NCBI GenBank assembly: GCA_947363765.1
Contig: CANAQC010000014.1
Span: 1 to 32,000, forward strand
Length of the DNA stretch: 32,000 nucleotides
Reading direction: 5' to 3'
Source: an uncultured Clostridium sp.
Lineage (GTDB): Bacteria; Bacillota; Clostridia; TANB77; CAG-508
Positions 1 through 7,181 of the stretch are shown one piece after another. The first letter of the stretch is position 1. Each line of letters starts with the position of its first letter. Made by a program: the position numbers and the translations under genes. The notes beneath the pieces were generated by a model that saw only the letters and a list, made by a program, of their open reading frames with translations, made no database searches and was not told the origin of the DNA.

Positions 1-190
1 GAAAAGTAAAAACTAAAACATAAAAAGTAAAATGTAAAAGTAGAAAAGTAAAAACTAAAACATAAAAAGTAAAATGTAAAAGTAGAAAAGTAAGAACTAA
101 AACACAAAAAGTAAAATGTAAAAATAGAAAAGTAAAAACTAAAACACAAAAATAAAAATATAAAATAGAAAAACTAAAATTAAAAATAAA
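1..190. repeat. 42-bp A-rich tandem repeat. Two perfect copies, then progressively degenerate copies, running into the RBS of the first ORF. It is truncated by the window edge.
   Basis: Copies 1-42 and 43-84 are identical (gaaaagtaaaaactaaaacataaaaagtaaaatgtaaaagta). Copy 85-126 has 3 mismatches. Copy 127-167 is a degenerate 41-mer, and about 168-190 is a truncated copy. Each unit is itself six heptads of the form AAAANNT. Confidence 0.9.
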
Positions 191-202
191 AGGAGAATAA
201 AT

Positions 203-967
203 ATGAATATAGAAGAGGAAAAAAATAATATGTATAATCAAATAATTAATCATAGTTTAATAAAAGAAAATAATCAAAATTTAAATATAAATTCAATTAC
301 TAAAGAAAATCAAAATCAATTTTTAGAAACTACATTAGGAAAGACAATTAATAATGCATTAGATATTGGACTTAGATTAATATTACCAGATATAATTGAA
401 AATCAAATTATTGAAATAAAAGATACTTTATTAGAAAGCGGATTAAAAGATGGGGTACAAAAAGCAATTGATATATCTATAGAATTTGGAAAAAGTGCAT
501 TAGGAATTGTAACAGGAAAATTTGATAATATTTCTCAAATTCAAACAGCCGTAGAAAAAGGAGGAATTATAGATAATGTTTCAGATTCTTTAGATGTAGT
601 TTTAAATTATACAAATAAAAAAGGTATATTACCTAAAAATATAATTACTATGATAAAAAGTGGAAAGAATATATTATTAGATAATATTCAAAATAATCTT
701 CAAAAAACAATGACAAATCAAATAAAAGGAATTGAAAAAATAGACCAGTATATTCAAACTTGGAATAAAGCATTAAAAGAAGAAAATTTTAGTAAAATGG
801 AACAATCATATGTTAAATTAAAAAAAGAATTAGAAAATTTAATTCCATTAGAAAACACATTAAAGAAAGCTAGAGAACTAGAAAATTTACATTTGTTGAT
901 TAAAAATAAAGGTAATGATTTAAGTCTTTCTGAAGAAGAAATAGGTTTAGCAAAAAAGTTAGTATAA
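203..967 (+). CDS. Hypothetical N/K/I-rich protein with no recognisable catalytic motif
   Basis: 254-aa ORF. An AAGGAG RBS lies 8 nt upstream of the ATG, and a hairpin terminator follows. No TM segment or signal peptide is obvious. Confidence 0.6.
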   Translation: MNIEEEKNNMYNQIINHSLIKENNQNLNINSITKENQNQFLETTLGKTINNALDIGLRLILPDIIENQIIEIKDTLLESGLKDGVQKAIDISIEFGKSALGIVTGKFDNISQIQTAVEKGGIIDNVSDSLDVVLNYTNKKGILPKNIITMIKSGKNILLDNIQNNLQKTMTNQIKGIEKIDQYIQTWNKALKEENFSKMEQSYVKLKKELENLIPLENTLKKARELENLHLLIKNKGNDLSLSEEEIGLAKKLV

Positions 968-974
968 AAACATA

Positions 975-1001
975 AAAAAACATAGGGAAACTATGTTTTT
1001 T
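975..1001 (+). terminator. Rho-independent terminator after the first ORF
   Basis: Stem aaaaaacatag / ctatgtttttt (11 bp), loop ggaaa. The 3' arm ends in a T-run. Confidence 0.7.
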
Positions 1002-1012
1002 AACATTTTTTC

Positions 1013-1041
1013 TTGCAATTTATTATCAGTTAAAGTATAAT
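1013..1041 (+). promoter_or_regulatory. Sigma-A-type promoter for gyrA
   Basis: -35 TTGCAA (1013-1018), 17-nt spacer, -10 TATAAT (1036-1041), about 40 nt upstream of the gyrA ATG. Confidence 0.55.
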
Positions 1042-1080
1042 TACACTAGATAAAAAATTAAGAAAAAGAGGTTATTAAAA

Positions 1081-3519
1081 ATGGACAGACTAGGAGAAAA
1101 AATTATTGAAAGAGATATTGAGAAAGAAATGAAGACATCTTACATTGATTATGCAATGAGTGTTATTGTACAACGTGCTTTGCCAGATGTAAGAGATGGT
1201 TTAAAACCAGTACATAGAAGGATTTTGTATGCTATGCATGAAGATGGAATTACATCAGATAAACCATATAGAAAGTGTGCTAATACAGTTGGTTCTGTAC
1301 TAGGAAGATACCATCCACATGGAGATGCATCAGTATATGATGCTATGGTAAGAATGGCACAAGATTTTTCGCTTCGTTATATGTTAATTGATGGACATGG
1401 AAATTTTGGTTCTATAGATGGTGATGGAGCAGCAGCTATGAGGTATACGGAAGCAAGGATGTCTAAAATTTCGAATTATATGTTAGCAGATATTGAAAAA
1501 AACACAGTTAATTTTATGCCAAACTATGATGATAGATTACAAGAGCCTACAGTACTGCCTGCTAGAATACCAGCTTTATTAGTAAATGGATCTTCAGGAA
1601 TTGCTGTTGGCATGGCAACAAATATTCCACCACATAATTTATCAGAAGTTATAGAAGGTATTATTAAAGTAATTGAAGAAGATAATGTAACAGATGAAGA
1701 TTTAATACAAATCATAAAAGGTCCAGATTTTCCAACAGGGGCTACCATACTAGGGAGAGAAGGAATTAAAGAAGCTTACAAGACAGGTAGAGGAAAAATT
1801 ACTATGCGTGCAGAAGCAGAAATTGAAGAAATGAGTGGAAATAAGCAAAGAATAATAGTTTCCTCTTTACCATACCAAGTTAATAAAGCAAGATTAATTG
1901 AAAACATTTCTCATTTGGTAAGAGACAAAAGAATAGAAGGAATTTCAGATTTAAGAGATGAATCAGATAGAAATGATAGAGTTCGTATTGTAATTGAATT
2001 AAAAAGAGATGCTAATGCACAAGTTGTCTTAAACCAATTATATAAAAACACACAAATGCAAGATACATTTGGTGCCATTATGCTTGCATTAGTACATGGG
2101 GAACCAAAAGTATTAACACTAAAACAGTGTATCGAATATTATTTAGAACATAGAAAAGAAGTAGTTTTACGTAGGACAAAATTTGAATTAGAAAAAGCAG
2201 AAGCAAGAGCACACATATTAGAAGGATTAAAAATTGCATTAGATAATATAGATGAAGTAATTAATATTATTAGATCATCATATGATGATGCAAAAGAAAG
2301 ATTAATGGAACGTTTTGGACTTACGGAAATACAAGCACAAGCCATATTAGATATGAGATTAAAAACACTATCAGGATTACAAAGAGAAAAAATAGAAGAT
2401 GAATATAACGAATTAATGAAACTAATTGCACATTTAAAAGAAATATTAGCAAGTGAAAAATTAGTGTTTGATATTATTAAAGAAGAGCTAATAGAAATAA
2501 AAGAAAAATTTGGTGATGAAAGAAAGACAAAAATTGTTGCAGCAGAGGGAGACTTTGAAATAGAAGATTTAATTAAAGAAGAACAAACTGTTATAGCATT
2601 AACACACTTTGGTTATATAAAAAGAATGCCAATAGATACATATAAAAGTCAAAGAAGAGGAGGAAAAGGTATTACAGGAATTGCAACAAGAGAAGAAGAT
2701 TTTGTAAAGCAAATTTTTACAGCATCTACACATGATACAATATTATTTTTCAGTAATAAAGGTAAAGTATATAAATTAAAAGGATACGAAGTACCAGAAG
2801 CAGGGAGAACTGCAAAAGGAACGGCAATTGTTAATTTATTGAGTTTAGATAATGGAGAAAAAATTTCAGCAGTTATACCAATTCAAAACTTTGCAGAGGG
2901 TAAATACTTATTAATGGCTACTAAAAATGGGTTGATAAAAAAGACGGCTTTAAAAGAATATGATTCAACAAGAAAAACTGGACTTCAAGGAATAACTTTA
3001 AAAGAAGATGACGAACTTATTTCCGTAAGATTAACAGATGGAGAAGATAATGTTGTTTTAGTTACAAAAGAAGGAATGTGTATTACATTTGATGAAAAAG
3101 ATGTTAGACCAATTGGTAGGGTTTCTCAAGGTGTTATTGGAATTAAATTAGATAAAGAAGATAATGTTATTGGAATGGAATCTATAATAGTTGGATCTAA
3201 AGGAACACTACTTGCAATTACTGAAAATGGATTTGGAAAAAGAACAGAATTAGATGAATATAGAGTACAAACTAGAGGAGGAAAAGGAGTAATTACATAT
3301 AAAATAACACCAAAAACAGGAAAAATTATAGGAATAAAGATTGCAAAAGAAGATGAAGATGTTATGCTAATTACAGATACAGGAACAATTATAAGATTAT
3401 CAGTAAAAGAAGTGAGTGTACTTGGAAGATCAACGCAAGGTGTTACATTAATGAGAACAAATGATGGAGGAAAAGTAGTAAGCATTGAAACCATTAATGT
3501 TGAAGAAACAGAAGAATAA
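1081..3519 (+). CDS. gyrA: DNA gyrase subunit A
   Basis: 812 aa. QRDR HPHGDASVYDAMV. Active-site AAMRYTEARM (catalytic Tyr). The GyrA-box QRRGGKG is present, which distinguishes GyrA from ParC. C-terminal beta-pinwheel repeats. GAGG RBS. Confidence 0.97.
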   Translation: MDRLGEKIIERDIEKEMKTSYIDYAMSVIVQRALPDVRDGLKPVHRRILYAMHEDGITSDKPYRKCANTVGSVLGRYHPHGDASVYDAMVRMAQDFSLRYMLIDGHGNFGSIDGDGAAAMRYTEARMSKISNYMLADIEKNTVNFMPNYDDRLQEPTVLPARIPALLVNGSSGIAVGMATNIPPHNLSEVIEGIIKVIEEDNVTDEDLIQIIKGPDFPTGATILGREGIKEAYKTGRGKITMRAEAEIEEMSGNKQRIIVSSLPYQVNKARLIENISHLVRDKRIEGISDLRDESDRNDRVRIVIELKRDANAQVVLNQLYKNTQMQDTFGAIMLALVHGEPKVLTLKQCIEYYLEHRKEVVLRRTKFELEKAEARAHILEGLKIALDNIDEVINIIRSSYDDAKERLMERFGLTEIQAQAILDMRLKTLSGLQREKIEDEYNELMKLIAHLKEILASEKLVFDIIKEELIEIKEKFGDERKTKIVAAEGDFEIEDLIKEEQTVIALTHFGYIKRMPIDTYKSQRRGGKGITGIATREEDFVKQIFTASTHDTILFFSNKGKVYKLKGYEVPEAGRTAKGTAIVNLLSLDNGEKISAVIPIQNFAEGKYLLMATKNGLIKKTALKEYDSTRKTGLQGITLKEDDELISVRLTDGEDNVVLVTKEGMCITFDEKDVRPIGRVSQGVIGIKLDKEDNVIGMESIIVGSKGTLLAITENGFGKRTELDEYRVQTRGGKGVITYKITPKTGKIIGIKIAKEDEDVMLITDTGTIIRLSVKEVSVLGRSTQGVTLMRTNDGGKVVSIETINVEETEE

Positions 3520-3530
3520 AAGACATAAGG

Positions 3531-3566
3531 AAAAATAGGAATACCCTTACGGATATTCCTATTTTT
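3531..3566. terminator. Bidirectional hairpin terminator between convergent gyrA and dnaI
   Basis: 13-bp stem aaaaataggaata / tattcctattttt, with A-run and T-run flanks. It overlaps the dnaI stop codon (TAG at 3559-3561). Confidence 0.65.
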
Positions 3567-4557
3567 TAAATCTAATATCTTCACCAAAAAATCTACAAAT
3601 ATTGTAATAACCAACAAACCTTGAAAAAATTCGCTCATCATATGTATGACTTAAATCTTGTAAATTTAGATTTGTAGAAATAATTGTTTTAGTAATATGT
3701 CTATTTTGATTTAATAATCTGGTATTAATAATATTAAACAATTCGCTAAACTTCATACTATTTAAACATTCTGTACCTAAATCATCAATAATCAACAAAT
3801 CAACATCTAGAATATTAGAAAGTAAGTTTTCAGATAAATTTGACTTATTGAATCTGTAATCAATAATGCTATCTAACATAACGGGAGCTGTTTGATAAAG
3901 TACAGTTTTCCCTTTTTGCAATAATTCATTTGCAATACAATTTGATAAATAAGTCTTTCCAAGACCAGTATTTCCAGTAAATAATAAATTTTTTTCTTCA
4001 GGATTTTCAAAATTTTTAATAAAGGATAGAGCAATTTTTCTTATGTTTAATATATTATCCTTTGGAGAAATATTAGAAGAATAAGTAGCTTCATTAATTT
4101 CATTAGAATATAAATTAGAATTAAAATTTTTAAAATTATCTTTTTTTAAATTACCTATATTTGATTTGTTATATTCAATATCAAACAATTTTTGTTTAAT
4201 ACAACGGCACAAAGTATAATTGGTATCTTCTATTATATATCCAGTATCTTCACATAAAGAACATTCAAAATTAGGAGTAAAAAAAGAAGAATTTAGATTA
4301 AGAGAAGATAGAATTTCTTCTTTTTCTTTTTTGAGAACTTCTATTTTTTCTTCTAAATTTTTAACAGAAGTAATACTATTACAATTAAGAATATTCTTAG
4401 CAGTTTCAATACCAAAAATATTTAATTCATCTTCAATTTCTTTTAAACGAGGATGTAAAGAAAATAAATCTCCTTTTCGCTTTTCTAAATTAAGAAAAGA
4501 AGAAGAACGTTTTTGCTCATATTCTTTTAAAAGCATTTTTAAAGTATTGTTATTCAT
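3559..4557 (-). CDS. dnaI: Helicase loader of the DnaI/DnaC AAA+ family
   Basis: 332 aa. N-terminal Cys cluster CSLCEDTGY...CRC (Zn-binding helicase-interaction domain). Walker A GNTGLGKTY. Walker B LLIIDDLG. It sits immediately downstream of a DnaD-domain gene, as in the B. subtilis dnaB-dnaI operon. Confidence 0.85.
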   Translation of the reverse strand: MNNNTLKMLLKEYEQKRSSSFLNLEKRKGDLFSLHPRLKEIEDELNIFGIETAKNILNCNSITSVKNLEEKIEVLKKEKEEILSSLNLNSSFFTPNFECSLCEDTGYIIEDTNYTLCRCIKQKLFDIEYNKSNIGNLKKDNFKNFNSNLYSNEINEATYSSNISPKDNILNIRKIALSFIKNFENPEEKNLLFTGNTGLGKTYLSNCIANELLQKGKTVLYQTAPVMLDSIIDYRFNKSNLSENLLSNILDVDLLIIDDLGTECLNSMKFSELFNIINTRLLNQNRHITKTIISTNLNLQDLSHTYDERIFSRFVGYYNICRFFGEDIRFKK

Positions 4558-4577
4558 ATATATTTATTTTACTCCTA

Positions 4578-5552
4578 TTAATTATTTTCTACTTTTTGGG
4601 TATTAGCATATAAAGTATCAAAATTATCATATTTACGTTGCTCATAGTTTTGATAACTTTTTTTCTCTAAAGCTTTAATTTGTTTTGGTTTATTTTTAAT
4701 TTCTAGTAAAAACTTTTCTACATCTTTTGAAGTTTTTAAATTCCTATCATTCCAATCACACATAATTTTATCAATATAATCGAAACTAAAATTAGTTTTA
4801 GAAGTAGTTTTCTTTAAAGCTAATTCAATTACATCAAGAGTAAAACCGAAATCAATAATCCATTTTTCAATATAAGCATCTTCGTATTGAGTTAAAGAGC
4901 GATTTAATCCTAGTTTTTTTGAAATAGACTTCTTCATAATATTTAGTTTTTCCTGTTTTTGATAATACACATCTAAATCAGAAAAATTTTTAATATTGTT
5001 TTTATGCCATGCATCTGCAACTGTTTGAATATAATTACGGTGTAAAGCAGAACGTTCAAAACAATAACGAAATAATGCAAGCATTACTTGTTCATCAAAA
5101 GAATATTTTTTAAACCATAAATCGATATCATTATACCAAGAAGGAGACATTACACCTTGAAAAAAAGAAGAATTAATTGCTTCAATTGCTTTAGCTCGAT
5201 ATTGATTTTTAGAAGTTTCTTCTATATTTGCAACACTTGAAAGTTTTGGCTTATAAAGTTTATGAAGTTCAATTTCTTGAAGATTGTTAACAATATATCC
5301 TGTAGTTTTTTTAGTAATTACTTCACAATCTTCCCAATATTTTAGGGCATCTTGAATTATTTTTAGTGGTAAAGATAATTTTTTTGATAAGTCATTTAAT
5401 TTTATATCTTTTCCATATTTTGATAAAAACAAGATATATAAGTATACTTTAACAAAATCTCCACTAGCTTGTGAAAGATATTCAGTAAAAAATACATCTG
5501 AAATTTCTGTATTTGAAAAAATCATAGAAACATCAATCTTCTCTAACTTCAT
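4578..5552 (-). CDS. DnaD-domain replication initiation / membrane attachment protein (B. subtilis DnaB-like, not the helicase)
   Basis: 324 aa. N-terminal winged-helix-like region plus two DnaB_2/DDBH2-like repeats (..VADAWHKNNIKNFSDL.. and ..IDKIMCDWNDRNLKTSKDVEKF..). AAGGAG RBS. Operonic with dnaI (20-nt gap). Confidence 0.75.
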   Translation of the reverse strand: MKLEKIDVSMIFSNTEISDVFFTEYLSQASGDFVKVYLYILFLSKYGKDIKLNDLSKKLSLPLKIIQDALKYWEDCEVITKKTTGYIVNNLQEIELHKLYKPKLSSVANIEETSKNQYRAKAIEAINSSFFQGVMSPSWYNDIDLWFKKYSFDEQVMLALFRYCFERSALHRNYIQTVADAWHKNNIKNFSDLDVYYQKQEKLNIMKKSISKKLGLNRSLTQYEDAYIEKWIIDFGFTLDVIELALKKTTSKTNFSFDYIDKIMCDWNDRNLKTSKDVEKFLLEIKNKPKQIKALEKKSYQNYEQRKYDNFDTLYANTQKVENN

Positions 5553-5645
5553 AAATAAATCTCCTTAATGTATTATAAATTTTAGTCATTTGTAACATTC
5601 TATAAAATTATATCATTTTTTGTTGATAAATACAATATAAAAAGA

Positions 5646-5927
5646 CTATTTTGTATAAAGATAAAGTTTAGGATTTTTTATATATTTTAATAAATAAGAA
5701 AGGACATAAAGAATATTTTCATGGTTAAAACCTATTATACTAAATAAGACAACAGGAAAACAAAGAAAAATAAATAAAAATAATTTTAAGTTAAAATTAT
5801 TAAATAATATATTAAGAAATGAAAAAATAAAAAGACACCAAATAATATTAAAAATAACAGTAGAATAATCAAATAGACCTAATAATTTACTAGTAAAATC
5901 GTAATTTTGAGGGAATATAAATTTCAT
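5646..5927 (-). CDS. Small two-TM membrane protein, PrgI/VirB3-like
   Basis: 93 aa. The N-terminal pattern Y-x-F-x-x-K-L-x-G-x-F followed by two hydrophobic helices resembles PrgI-family (VirB3 analogue) proteins of Firmicutes conjugation systems. GGAGG RBS. Lies 18 nt after the upstream gene. Confidence 0.45.
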   Translation of the reverse strand: MKFIFPQNYDFTSKLLGLFDYSTVIFNIIWCLFIFSFLNILFNNFNLKLFLFIFLCFPVVLFSIIGFNHENILYVLSYLLKYIKNPKLYLYTK

Positions 5928-5945
5928 AACAAAACCTCCTTAATA

Positions 5946-6836
5946 TTAAAGATTTAGAAAAGAAGAAAAATTTTTAAAACTTACAGAAATATCAGTACTA
6001 ATACCACCTAGAAACTCTTTAATGAATGAATTTGCTTTTGTTAATGCAAATATGGCACCACAAATCAAGAACTTAGATAAAATTTGATTTGGATTAAAAT
6101 CCATAGAAAATAGAATTATTAAAACAATAGCAACAAATATTTGAAGAAATAAAAGTAAAAGGAAACATTTTAACCAAGCTTTAAAAAAGTAAGAGGTAGA
6201 TTGCATACAAAGAGATAGAAATGCAAAAGGAGAAAGTAATATAAATACTTTTATTAGAATATAGCGCAAAGAATAAGAGAATGTTAAATTAATAAGACTA
6301 ACAGACAAAAAACTTTTTAAAATACCATCAATTGAAAAAAGGTTAAAATTATTTTGTTCAATTGAAATAATAGTATGAATTTTATCGAACAAACTAGAAA
6401 ATGTAATTGGTATATTTATAAAATTTTCACCAATCTCTTGAATTAGTAAAGAAAATGAAGAATTAAAAAATAATATTCTTTCACACAAAAATATAGAAGA
6501 GTTCATACATATAGTAAAGAATAAAAGTTTAAACAAAAAACTAATAGGGCGTTCAGTTTGTGTAATTAAAAGATGAGATAATAAAAGTTTAATAGCATAA
6601 TATAAAATAAAACCAAAAATAAAAGCATTTGCGACAATCAAAATTCCAGAGTTAGAAGAATTACCAAATAAAGAAGAAAAATATGAATTATCTAAAATAG
6701 AAGAATCAACAAATGTAATATGATCTAAAATAGAACATAAGTCAGTATCAACTGAAGAGAAAATAGTATTAAAAATAGAATTAATAGAATCAATAATAAT
6801 TGATGCAATATCTACTTCTTCTGACAATAAAATCAC
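5946..6836 (-). CDS. Polytopic membrane protein (5-6 TM), VirB6/TrbL-like by architecture
   Basis: 296 aa and very hydrophobic. The track start is GTG at 6836. A TTG at 6827, about 10 nt after AGGA, is an alternative start. The call rests on position and topology only; no diagnostic motif was found. Confidence 0.4.
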   Translation of the reverse strand: MILLSEEVDIASIIIDSINSIFNTIFSSVDTDLCSILDHITFVDSSILDNSYFSSLFGNSSNSGILIVANAFIFGFILYYAIKLLLSHLLITQTERPISFLFKLLFFTICMNSSIFLCERILFFNSSFSLLIQEIGENFINIPITFSSLFDKIHTIISIEQNNFNLFSIDGILKSFLSVSLINLTFSYSLRYILIKVFILLSPFAFLSLCMQSTSYFFKAWLKCFLLLLFLQIFVAIVLIILFSMDFNPNQILSKFLICGAIFALTKANSFIKEFLGGISTDISVSFKNFSSFLNL

Positions 6837-6842
6837 ATCCTA

Positions 6843-7169
6843 TCAAATAAAAGATTTAATGGTAGATAAAATTAAATCAATAGCTAAAATAAAAGCATAG
6901 GAAAAAAGAGAACCTTTAATTAATTTTTTTCCTGTTCTGATTCTTTCTTCATCTCCAAAACTAAATTTTTTCATAAAAATTCCAGTACCAACAGCAACTG
7001 CAGCAGCTGGTGTTGCAAGCTTTAATAACCAGTCTTGAATTTGTTCAAATGCTTTTTTGATAGTATTAACTAATTTAGAATCAGCAGCATAAGAGTTTGG
7101 ATAACAAAAGAAAAAAAGAAGAAAAATAGATATTAGTATAATAATAAAATAATATAATTTTTTATCCAT
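6843..7169 (-). CDS. Small secreted/membrane protein, TrbC/VirB2 pilin-like by architecture
   Basis: 108 aa. Signal peptide with a ..NSYA|AD.. cleavage-like site, then two hydrophobic helices (..ATPAAAVAVGTGIF.. and ..LFSYAFILAIDLIL..). GGAGG RBS. Starts 12 nt after the ATPase stop. Confidence 0.4.
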   Translation of the reverse strand: MDKKLYYFIIILISIFLLFFFCYPNSYAADSKLVNTIKKAFEQIQDWLLKLATPAAAVAVGTGIFMKKFSFGDEERIRTGKKLIKGSLFSYAFILAIDLILSTIKSFI

Positions 7170-7181
7170 AAAATAACCTCC

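Noticed and set aside
1-190. CRISPR array as an explanation for the 42-bp repeats
   Set aside because: The repeat units are directly contiguous with no unique spacers, they are not palindromic, and no cas genes are present.
968-1080. oriC / DnaA-box cluster or a missing gyrB next to gyrA
   Set aside because: No TTATCCACA-like boxes were seen in the flanking intergenic DNA. gyrA simply has its own promoter, and gyrB is not in this window. gyrA uncoupled from gyrB is not informative by itself.
1524-3641. Antisense ORFs inside gyrA (1524-1748, 2139-2345, 3126-3641)
   Set aside because: They lie entirely opposite a high-confidence gene. Their composition is low-complexity Ser/Ile/Phe-rich, typical of the reverse frame of a Glu/Lys/Asp-rich gene. 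None has an RBS.
4220-4606. Plus-strand ORF overlapping dnaI
   Set aside because: It is antisense to a motif-supported AAA+ loader gene. It has no RBS and its sequence is low-complexity.
3559-5552. DnaD-like plus DnaC-like genes as a phage or ICE replication module belonging to the adjacent T4SS-like operon
   Set aside because: This is possible but not favoured. The pair has the B. subtilis dnaB-dnaI architecture: two DDBH2 repeats and a Zn-finger DnaI N-domain. It has a plausible promoter of its own (TTGTAT-17-TATAAT, -10 at 5612-5607) and sits beside gyrA. A genome-wide check for a second dnaI copy would settle it.
6834-6845. TGA read-through or recoding that would fuse ORF 6843-7169 to ORF 5946-6836 (they share a frame)
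   Set aside because: The TGA is immediately followed by an in-frame TAG. All other long genes are intact under the standard code with TGG as Trp, and TGA never interrupts a motif-supported gene. There is therefore no evidence for code 4 or 25.
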